From assembly GCF_018350175.1 (NCBI RefSeq), contig NC_058368.1, forward strand, positions 138,200,001 through 138,264,000: DNA of 64,000 nucleotides. Reading direction: 5' to 3'. The position numbers and the translations under genes were made by a program. Origin of the DNA: Felis catus (taxonomy: Eukaryota). The notes under the pieces were generated by a model. That model made no database searches and had not been told where the DNA came from. It saw only the letters and a program-made list of their open reading frames with translations. How positions within the stretch are numbered: the stretch's first letter is position 1; each line of letters starts with the position of its first letter. Of this stretch, positions 51,786 to 62,110 are shown piece after piece.

Positions 51786-52699
51786 GTAAGCATTATTTAC
51801 CCTTTGGCTTTGAGAGCATTCTCTTCCAGAGCAGGTTTTCAGTCAGGAAAGGTATATAAAATCTATAAAAGCACGCAGGAATTTTCAGTTCCATTTTCAT
51901 AACTGATTTTTCAAAGCTTAGCACAATCCTTTTCTCACTGTGTTTTAGTCCAGTTACAGATTTGATGATGAAATTAAAAAATATGCACAGACCACTCTGT
52001 GGCTCTGTTCTTTGAATGAAATGTTTTCCTCCAGGATGGTAATGTAAGCTAGAGTTTATTCTAGGTTCATTATTACGAGAGCTTCAGAGGATGTGAAGCA
52101 AATTATAAAAAATTACTTCGCCTTAGTTTAAATTGCTGAAATAATTTACTTAAAGGCAAGGTTTGGCAAGATAGATTTTTTTCCCCCTTCGTTTTATTTA
52201 GCAGGGGACTTGAGACCGTTGAAATAAAAGAAAATAGTTGGAACCTGAGTAAAAGTATCTCAACACTCTTTGTGGCGGTGTAAACAGTCAGAAATAAAAC
52301 TTCTAGAAAAGGGTGCAATAAAACCCTTCAGAAAAGGGTGCAAATCGTAAGCATACAGTTGGACAAATTTTTAAAACTGAATTCAAATTGCATATATAAT
52401 GAGGATGGGCAATTCAGAGCTGTACTTGTAGCCCCTTGCAGCCACCACCCCCATTTTCTACTGTATTTTGAAACAAAGGTATTTCTGTACATAATATATT
52501 ATGTAGTAATTATATTTAAAGGCATATCTGGAAGTATGTCGATGTAATACCGAGCCTTAAAATAAAATGTTTGTCATTGCATTAATGCTTTTTTGTCTAC
52601 CATCCTTAAGAGTCTTAAAATATTCAGAAAGCGAGAGGTGCCTGAGTGTTCTTAGTTTCCCATTGTAGAATATTTAAAGTTTCCTTCTCTTGATTTTTA

Positions 52700-52914
52700 C
52701 TTTTTAAATTTTTTTTAATGTTTATTCATTTTTGAGAGAGAGAGAGCGCGAGTGTGAGTGGAGGAGGGGCAGAGAGGGAAACACTAAATCCGAAGCAGGC
52801 TCCAGGCTCTGAGCTGTCAGCACAGAGCCCAATGCGGAGCTCGAACCCACAGACCAAAGATTATGACCTGAGCCGAAGTCAGACGCTTAACTGACTGAGC
52901 CACCCAGGTGCCCC
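52700..52914 (-). mobile_element. Felid Can-SINE (Fc2-like)
   Basis: Ends gagccacccaggtgcccc. Confidence 0.92.
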
Positions 52915-53260
52915 GTTTTTACCTATTCTTTGTTACGTTGTTGTTGTTGGTATTTGCATGTCACGTAAAACAGTCTTAAAAACATGATCTTTGTGGTTGG
53001 AACTGCCATGCTAAAACAATGACTTCTATATGGGAGATGTTCCATAGTTATTTGTTAAATGAATATCCTGAGCAAGATACACAGAGCACAAAACAACTGC
53101 TAGGTATTTTTGTTTTTGTTTTTCCTCATTCTCTCTGGGAATCTTTACTGGAAGAAGAGAAAGCAAGACTGACGATAAATGTCAGTTTGAATTTATGGAA
53201 TGAGAAGATAGAGAAAAGGATTAAGAAAGAAAGGAAAAAGATGGATTGAATTTGCCCTGG

Positions 53261-53314
53261 GTGTGTGTGTGTGTGCATGTGCGTGTACACACGCATGCAC
53301 ACGCACACACACAC
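53261..53314. repeat. (GT)n-(AC)n near-palindrome
   Basis: Arms pair around gt|ac at 53286/53287 with one mismatch and two G-T pairs. Confidence 0.85.
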
Positions 53315-54773
53315 ATCATGAGTCTTTCTGAGATCTCCAGTTCTGCTTAACCTTAGTTTTGGTTGGGATTCCTTTTAATGGCAGCCTGACGTCTTTTCAC
53401 TGCTTGTCCTAGATGGCAAAATAACTTCACACTGTAACTATTTAGACAATGCTTCTAAATCTTTGCAGTGTGCAAAATGGCAGCCTTGACATTATATATG
53501 TGGTATGACTGGTTTTTAAAGTCACTTCAGAAGTTGGAAGTTGTTGACCAGATGACTGAGAGGAATTTGATCGTTTATAAGGGAAAAGAGCCCTGATTTA
53601 TGAATTCATTAATGAATATGGAAGGGTATCTTTGCCTTACATACAATCCTTAAATCTTGGCAGTTGAGTTGGAAGGAATAAAAAACTGACCTGAATTTTT
53701 TTGACTTTTCTGTTAATAAAATCTTACTTTAGACAGTATATTTAAAAATAGGGCCCTTCCAGTGAAGTTTGGTCTCCAGAAGGTAAGAATCACAAATAGG
53801 CAATGTAGATTGAAGGTAAACAGCACATACAAAAATTCCAATGGGTAAACCATAGGATATGAGGAATAAATGAACTCTGAAGGATGAAGGAATAGTTTTA
53901 ACTTTGTGTGTGAATGTGATCAAAGCATAAGAGTGAAAGCTTAACTAGTTCAAAGATGGAATGTTTCATTGTTTAGTTTGCTTAGATTAATCAGAGGTGA
54001 ATCGACATTTACATTACCTTAAGGTCTCTCTTGGTGAGTTGGAATAGCGCCAAAACCTTTTTCTATTTGAACAGAATCCAAGTCCTCTTTCCCCCCAGTG
54101 GGAAGCCCCTTTATATTAGCTACATTGCAGATATACAAAGATCGGATTCAGCCCTTTTCATTCCTATTTGCGATGTTTTCTCATCCTTGTCATGTCTAAG
54201 AGGTTACTTACTATTGTTTCTCATGATTTTTTTTTTTTTTTTTTTTTTGGCCAACGGTATGATGGGGTGGCAACATTATTTAATGCTTGTATACACAAAA
54301 TCCTGTGCTATAATTCCCTTTGGTACATTGTGTGTTTAGATAGACAGGAATATTGTCAGTAATTAAAACCTCACCAGGAAGGACACGAGTGTTCTAGTTT
54401 TAAGAATTTGAGGAGTGAAGTGAATGTACTTGTGAAAATCATTGTGCGCTGTTATTTGTCCAGTCGCCTGAGTCTGGTTCCGTTAGTTTCTTAATTATCT
54501 TGGACATGTGGCTAAATCTCTTGGTACCTTAGCATGTTTACAAGAAGCATAACGATTTCTTTCTCAGGACTTGATTTGAGGAATACTTAGTAGTAGTGGT
54601 AAAATCCTTCAAATTCTCCAAAGCAGATTTTTTTGTTACCTGCAAGATAGCATTAGATTTAACATTGATACTTACACATTTCAGGGATATGCGTTGATTA
54701 GTTTTGTCCCTTATTTGTCTGACCCATTTCCCTTTGCAAACTGGTTTTGCTTTTTCGCTCTTGTGGATTGTAG

Positions 54774-54896
54774 AGGTAAAGATTTGTCCTTGCTCTGTAA
54801 ATGATGTGTTCCGCAGGGGCCACCCCCTCCTTCAGTCTCCGTCACTGTCGAAGTCAGCGTCTGTGTTCCATCCTTGTAACGGGTACTCCAGTTCCG
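54774..54896 (+). other. Candidate vestigial/cryptic in-frame ARHGEF28 cassette exon
   Basis: Pyrimidine-rich tract + tag acceptor in phase 1. Open in the ARHGEF28 frame, 123 nt to G|gaaaga (GT-to-GA broken donor), CpG-rich. See findings. Confidence 0.45.
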
Positions 54897-55498
54897 GAAA
54901 GAAGATGGCGCTTACCTGCTCGCATGAGCCTACTCCTTCTGTCTCCCATCTCCCCTGCCCCCAGGTCCAGCGGGGAAAGTGATTCTCCCTTTGCTACCAC
55001 AAAGCACATCTCTGAACTGGTTGCTGCTAGGATTTTATGAAGACGTTGCAGCTCTGTTAAAACGAACTCTCCCTTATGCTGATCTTTGAGACTTTTCTTT
55101 TGAGCTTCACTAAAGAGACAGCTAAGATGTGTACTGATTCTGTATGTTGGGGGAATTAGTGTTACAAATAAGTGATGAAGCTCTCATGAGAAATATCCAA
55201 AGAGACAAATAATTACTGCAGGGCTGACACTGTTTGCTGCTGCTTGCTGATGCTAACTTAGTTCATGAAGTCATTAAATGTTGCCCTGTGTTGGCCTCCT
55301 CCCTGTCCTCTCCAAACTAGGGGCAGTGAGGATATCCAGAGCAATGCTGTACTTAGGTAAAATAACTTGTTTTCTCATTATTTTCTAACTGACGGTGTGA
55401 ATAATGATGCAATATGGTGGAGTGTGTGCATTTCAGACTAACGCATGACTACTGGTTTGTCTGCCTCAGTTTTCATTTTATTGTTCTGTGTCTTGTAG

Positions 55499-55541
55499 AG
55501 CAAAGAGCTTACAGCTTACCGGAGCCACCAAGAGACAAAAG
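55499..55541 (+). CDS. ARHGEF28: ARHGEF28 coding exon (~exon 14), 43 nt, (E)QRAYSLPEPPRDK(R)
   Basis: tcttgtag|AG CAA...AAA AG|gtattt. Phase 1 to 2, keeps the frame between its neighbours. Confidence 0.93.
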
Positions 55542-57166
55542 GTATTTTAACTGTTCCAAATTTCCTGAGGGCCTCCTTGCCATCTTTGGAAATGTTTGCG
55601 TATGACTTTTGAGATCCCTTCGATAGTTTGTGAGAGTTTCTGTGTAATAAGCCTACGTGAATCCTTTGCTCCCTCTGAAATCTGTATTGGTACAGGTTGG
55701 CCAGCGTGTTCCTTTGAGTGCCCAGATATGCGGGCCTCAGCCCTGGGGACAGAGTGTTCTTTCTTCGGTTATTTCTAAGGACAAACACCTCCAATGTACT
55801 GGACCAAGAGGCGCAGCAGTGTGAGGGTGACCTGCCTCTGAGGGGCATTAGGTTCTTCCTAGGACGGTCTGCCCTGAAGAGCAGACTTGCTGCGGGAGCA
55901 GGCCTCTGGTTGGTCCCATGTACAAAGTGCATAACCACCTCTGCTGTGTGTCTTTATGGCTATTGCCGAGAGAGGTTGGTTCTCTCTGGAACAGGAAGAA
56001 CAAGTGATACAGAAAGTCCTATAAGCGTTAACAGTTTTCCGATGGATGGGCAGATCTGAAAGCTGCAAACCTAAGCTTCCCTTTTCCCTAAGCTGCTGCT
56101 TTTGGTGGAGTCAGGCTTGGGAAGCTGACCAGCGGGCAGGCGGGATTGTCGAGTTCTGCTGGTCCTGCAGTAACTGCTCATAAGTCACACGGGGAAACAG
56201 CCCTGGGGTTATATGCAACACCAGTGCCAGAAACGACATAAATGTTTGGCTGGAAGAAACAAGGTGAAAAAAGAGGAAGGTGGCTTTAACTTGAGTGACA
56301 ATAATGCTAAAACTGGAACCTTTTAATATATACATCGAGATGGACTGTTTTGTTTTATTTTAATTTTTTTTAAATGTTTATTTGGAGAGAGACAGAGACA
56401 GACAGTCTTCCTCCTGTCATCTGTTTAACAATTGGAGAGGTAATAGACTGATGGTAAAGATTTTTTTTTTTTAATTCAAAAATACTTCTTCTCCACTAGG
56501 AGAGGGGTTTAAGACTGAAAAAGCCAACGTCTTAATTGGTTAAATATTAGTCTGTAAAATACTTGAACTTGGATGGGATGTGTGGAGAGGGTCCCTTTCT
56601 CATTTCTCGTTTTGTCACTCCTGGGTTTTTCTTCTTCAGTGTGTGTCTGCATCCTGAAGCGTCTTTCTCAGTCTATCCCCTGATGTATCCAGTAGAGTAG
56701 ATATTGATCTCAGTCTGTGCCCAACACCTTTTGGATGTTGATGCTTTGCTTTGGTCATGTTGTACTTACTGGAGCGGATTGCCTCCTTTGGAGTTCTCTT
56801 ATTTATGTTAATCGCTTAGTTTCTGGAAAAGAATGCTGCCGGCTGAAAGGGGGCTCACTCCAGAATGTGTAGGCTCTTTTCTGCAGGAGCGGACACTTTG
56901 TATGTACCAACTTTTTTTTTTTATGCACAAAATATAGTAGTATTTAAATCTCCCAAAACGTTAGTGTATACAGTAGCTGACAAATACAGGTTAATACTCT
57001 GAATATGAGTATATAATTCGTTTTTAAGTTTTTATTTAAATTCCAGTTAGTGAACATGCAGTGTGATCTTAAATTCAGGCTGTACCAACTTGTTAAAGAT
57101 TATATGGGATGACAGTTATCTTATTGACACCATCTATCTTAAGTGTGTTACACTTATTACTTTATA

Positions 57167-57398
57167 GGGACGCCTGGGTGGCACAGTCGGTTAAGCGTCC
57201 GACTTCAGCCAGGTCACGATCTCGTGGTCCGTGAGTTCGAGCCCCGCGTCAGGCTCTGGAATGATGGCTCGGAGCCTGGAGCCTGTTTCCGATTCTGTGT
57301 CTCCCTCTCTCTCTGCCCCTCCCCCGTTCATGCTCTGTCTCTCTCTGTCCCAAAAATAAATAAACGTTGGAAAAAAAAATTATATATTAAAAAAAAAA
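57167..57398 (+). mobile_element. Young SINEC_Fc without an obvious TSD
   Basis: Near-consensus body with the ctctggAAtgatgg variant. Flanks do not match. Confidence 0.95.
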
Positions 57399-57939
57399 TC
57401 TGAGCATCTGAATGTCCACAAAGAAGTCTCACTGTGTCAATTTTCAGTTGGATATTGGGAATTCCTTTTAACACTTAGGATGTTTAGTTCTTTGAAAAAT
57501 AGATATTATAGGTTTAAAGATTGAAGTACTGAAGATCCATATTCTTGAGATACTTAAAATTATCTTTATTGAAAAGGTAATGCCATGCGAACCTCTGAAG
57601 AATGGGGTTTGTAAAACTTGATTGTGGATGGTTCTATTGATCATCAGATCAACAATAGAGGTTGGGTATCTTGTTCTGGGATTTGAAGAGTTTAATTTTT
57701 TTTTTCAGATTCTTAGAAATTGAAAAGCTATTTAAATTACGTTATGAAAGCAGTTGGGGACTTCTCCCTTCTCTGTTCTTTCCTAACGTAACTAATTGTT
57801 ACATAGGTGAATACCACATAGTTCGAGTTGACACACGGAATCCGCCAGAACTTCCACATTTGCCCAGAGGTTATGCTATGTGATTCATTTTCATAATGTG
57901 ATAGTGGAATGTGTCCGTGATATTCACATTTCTGCCATG

Positions 57940-58138
57940 TTTGTTTGTTTTACTTATTTATTTTGAGAGAAGGTGAGCGGGGGAGGAGCAGAGAGCGAGC
58001 GAGACAGAGAATTCCAAGCAGACACTGTGCCGTCAGCACAGAGCCTGACATGGGGCTCGATCTCAACGACCGTGAGATCATGACTTGAGCTGAAATCAAA
58101 GAGTCAGACACTTAACGAACTCAGCCCTCCAGGCGACC
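57940..58138 (-). mobile_element. Older Can-SINE
   Basis: Diverged body ending ctccaggcgacc. Confidence 0.85.
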
Positions 58139-58151
58139 ATGTTTCTTAGTT

Positions 58152-58373
58152 TTTTTTGTTTTTTTTTTTTCAACGTTTATTTATTTTTGGGACAGAGAGA
58201 GACAGAGTATGAACGGGGGAGGGGCAGAGAGAGAGGGAGACACAGAATCGGAGACAGGCTCCAGGCTCTGAGCCATCAGCCCAGAGCCTGACACGGGGCT
58301 CAAACTCACGGACCGCGAGATCGTGACCTGGCTGAAGTCGGACGCTTAACCGACTGCGCCACCCAGGCGCCCC
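58152..58373 (-). mobile_element. Young SINEC_Fc
   Basis: TSD tgtttcttagttttt. Confidence 0.95.
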
Positions 58374-58539
58374 TGTTTCTTAGTTTTTTAATACTGAGTG
58401 TTACAGGTGGTTTTGTTTGTTTACTTGGTCATGTCTCAGGTCTTCTCAGTTTTTGAATTTAAAGAGTAAGGGGTATGACTTCATGTTCATGTTGTAGTTT
58501 TGTAGAGGATATGTGGAAATTGTGCATTTAAAGGTTTTA

Positions 58540-58719
58540 ATTTTTTTTTTTAATGTTTATATTTAAGAGGGAGAAAAAGAGCACACATGAGGAGGGGAGG
58601 AAGCTGCAGAGTGAGAGGGAGACAGAGGATCCAGAGCGGGGCTCAAACTCACAAACCATGAATGAGATCATGACCTGAGCCCAGGTTAGATGCATAATGA
58701 CTGAGCTACCCAAGTGCCC
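58540..58719 (-). mobile_element. Older Can-SINE
   Basis: TSD tgcatttaaa(g/a)gttttaa. Confidence 0.85.
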
Positions 58720-60581
58720 TGCATTTAAAAGTTTTAAATCAAAACAGAAGCATTGCTTTTGATAGGTTCTTCTGTAGCACGGAGAATTGGGAGTAGAGTT
58801 GGATAAACAGAATGTTCTTTTACTTGAGAGAGTTGATTTCTGTTTCTGCTGTGAGGTAGGTAGAAGGGAGGCCTTGAGGACCTCACAATCCACATTGACC
58901 TTACCATTCTTTAATTCTGAGACTGAGGTCTCCTCACCAGATGATTCTTATCTTAGACATTGGATCGCACTTGGTGGGGTCACAAGAGGTGTTCCAGAGA
59001 TAATTCTTTCTAAGGTCTCAAACGCGTTTTTCCCCTGAATTCCAAAAGTGAGTCTGTCACGAGTGTTGCAAATGAGGATGCTTAAGAAACGAGAGATACG
59101 GAAATTTATAAATCAATTAACTGGTCAGTTACCTAAGAAGGTAGTTGTGGAAGTAGAAAGGAAATAAAAAGGTCCAAGTTGCTTCTGTCACTCTGCATAG
59201 TCCTAGGGTATCGTCACTTCCATCCTGCCTCTTTGCTTTCTGGCTTTTTCAACGGTTTTCTCGAAGTATCAAACCCAGTTGCACTTATTGTACAGAATTT
59301 AAATAGCACGACATACTCTGTCCTGCTTGTGCCTTTAGATCTCTAGGACCAAGAGGCACTTAGGAAGCCCTGTATCATCTTTTCTAAATGTGTTCGTAGG
59401 TTTGAACTCTTGATTGCCTAACGTAAATAACTGTTTTAATAATGATGGGTATCTAATATAAATAAATAACAAAGTTTCATTTAATATGTGCCAGGTAAGT
59501 ACATCATATATTTAAGTGGGAGAAGGGGCCTTAGAAATAATTGGAAGTCTAAGCCTAGCATTAATCAGATGAAAAACTAAAGTCCTAGGACTTGTCATTG
59601 TATTCATTGTTATGAAATGTGATCATATATTTTGGTACATATCAGTAACATGATAGCTTTTGAAAAGTGTTTCCCAGAGATGAATGTGTTACCCACTAAT
59701 GTGGACGAATGAGAAGTTTGGGAGATGGGAGAGACTTGGGTTACAGAATGTTCTACAGAGGTGTTACCTGGTTTTACATAATACTTGGTTGATCTTTAAT
59801 ATAGTCATTCTCTTCCTCCCACCCCCTTTATAATAATATTAGAAGTATAAGACTATCAGAGAAAGTTTCAGGGGAAATTGAACTTCTCATAGCTGGGACT
59901 TTTTTTTTTTTTTCCTCTAAAGAATGATTATATGGATCAGGGGAAAATAAATGATGATCAGTGTGTTCACAGATAGCATACTGTTATCTTCAGGTTGCTT
60001 TGTATTGTGGGGAATTATCCACAGCCGTCTTTCTTTTACAACCCAGGGAGTCTCAGATTGCAAATAGCGGGTTGAGTGGGAGGGACTGAACCAAGAGGCA
60101 GGCAGACTGTTTCTCAGACTCTATTATCAAAGGAAATGTGTATTTGCTGACTATTATCTCTATGTTCTAAAAATACATAAAATCCAGTTTCATATTGCCG
60201 GTTATTTGGCTTTTCTGTGCTCTAGGAAATTGCTGTTTGCATAGTAAATAGGGAGATGAGGGTTTGCAGAGGGAAGGTGTAAGTCTAAGGCTTCCTTTAT
60301 TTCTCTAGCATTTTATTAAGAAAAAAAAGAAATATACAGAAAAGTTAAAAGAATTATCTGCTGAGTACCCATTTCTACTACTTAGATTCTATAATTGATA
60401 TCATGGTGAGATAGTTGCTTTATCACACATCCATTATCCATCTATAAAATATATTTTTAATAGAGTCTATCTTTAACCACTAAAACCTGAAAAACGTGTA
60501 TACACACGTGTGTACATAAATGCTATTTTTTACTCCCTCTTTAAGTTCTGATAAGCCGTGATAACAGATTCTTTTTTGTAG

Positions 60582-60705
60582 AATTCAGCAAGAAGAATGG
60601 GATAAATATATTATACCTGCCAAGTCAGAGTCTGAAAAATACAAAGTGAGCCGAACTTTCAGCTTTCTCATGAATAGGATGACAAGCCCTCGGAATAAAT
60701 CCAAG
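60582..60705 (+). CDS. ARHGEF28: ARHGEF28 coding exon (~exon 15), 124 nt, IQQEEWDKYIIPAKSESEKYKVSRTFSFLMNRMTSPRNKSK
   Basis: ttttttgtag|A ATT...AAG|gtaact. Contains the KVSRTFS motif shared by Lbc-family GEFs. Phase 2 to 0. Confidence 0.96.
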
Positions 60706-61050
60706 GTAACTCAAGTTCTGTGCCTTTTGTGTTTAAAGGGTCGCTGGTTCCACTTTTCAGCAATTAGTCTAGTTTCCACTGGCCCTTGAAGATCCCTTAT
60801 CTTAGCTTTTGTGTACACATATTCAAAGACCTCTACATTTTTTTCTGAAATATTGTCCAAGTCACTAGAAGTGCAAGACAAATGCCGCCTGTGCACATTT
60901 TCATTGTGGCGTCACGACACTCCTCCACGAATGGCCTTTACGTTCAGACAGAAAGTGTAGAGACTGTGTATGGCTTCTATGAGTACGTTGGCTCTCAGCG
61001 TTTCTCTTTTCTCATTTCTCCCCACTTGGCTGTTGGTGCTGTATCTGAAG

Positions 61051-61183
61051 ACAAAAAGCAAGGACGCCAAAGACAAAGAGAAACTGAGCCGACATCAGTT
61101 TGTCCCTGGAACATTCCCTGGGGTTCTCCAGTGTTTGGTGTGTGATAAAACGCTCCTGGGGAAGGAGTCATTCCAGTGTTCCA
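61051..61183 (+). CDS. ARHGEF28: ARHGEF28 coding exon (~exon 16), 133 nt, N-terminal half of the C1 zinc finger (HQFVPGTFPGVLQCLVCDKTLLGKESFQCS)
   Basis: tctgaag|ACA...TCC A|gtaagt. H-x12-C-x2-C C1 pattern. Within ORF 60970-61239. Confidence 0.95.
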
Positions 61184-61399
61184 GTAAGTTCTCCGACCCA
61201 GTGCGTGCCATCTTTGTACTTCGCCTCCCCAGACAGTAAACTCCCCGAGAACAGGGCCGTTGTTAAGCATGTTTACATAATCCTTCATAGTAGCACTGCA
61301 CATGTGGTTTAATGACTTACCCAAGCAGTGAGCCATGATGGTTAGAGTCAGTGCTTGTTGTCCACAAGTGATAGCCTCCCAGAACCCCAGACCCCTGTA

Positions 61400-62110
61400 T
61401 CTCACTGATTGCTTGACGTCTCTATGTGGGTGTCTAAATAGGTTCTCAAATGTCGCATGTCCAAAATGGAGCTCTGCTTTGTTCCTTGGCCCGTCTGCAG
61501 GCTGCCCCTCTCAGTTAATGGCAGCTCTATCATGGCAGCCAGATGCTCATGCCAGAAGTCTTGAGGTCTCCCTTTATCCCTCTTCATCTCTCATATTCCA
61601 CATCCAGTCCTTCAGCAATCCTCTGGGGCGATCTTCACAATATGGATGAAAGCCAGCCGCCTTTCATCCTGCTGCCGGTATCACCCTCGTCTAAAGCTAC
61701 CATTTCAGTCACTTTCTAATTGGTTTCTTTGCGTTTCTACCACAAACGGTGCAGTTCGGAAAACATCTGTTCTCAAAACATGAGCCGTAGTGAGCGTGTG
61801 AAGGCACATATCCTTATGTTCCAGATCCTCCAGTGGCTTCCTACGATCCCCCAAGGAAGGCCAAAGCCCTGAAAATTGGTGCAAGGCCCCAGGGTCTCCC
61901 CTGTCATCCTCTCCCCCTTCCTCCCTCTGTTCCAGCCACTCTGGCGTCTTTGCTTTTCTCTCAGCCTGCCAGGCATGCTGCTCCCAGGGGGCCTTTCCTG
62001 GCTCTTCCTTCTGCCTGCAGTGCTCCTCCCTCAGATCAGCTGCAGGGATTGCCCCTTCAGTTCCTTTGGGTGTGCTCGGATAACACCTCTTCAGGCCTTT
62101 CTTGACCACC
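61400..62110 (+). mobile_element. L2 relic
   Basis: tgggtgtctaaataggttctcaaa..catgtccaaaa...cctccagtggcttcc...aaggcc pyrimidine-rich L2 body. Confidence 0.75.

Noticed and set aside
55496..55500. Tandem acceptor TAGAG at exon 55499
   Set aside because: The 2-nt shift breaks the frame and GAG is a poor acceptor. The first AG fits the frame.
60694..60699. AATAAA inside exon 60582-60705
   Set aside because: Encodes Asn-Lys in a conserved coding motif just before a good donor. No reason to call a poly(A) site.
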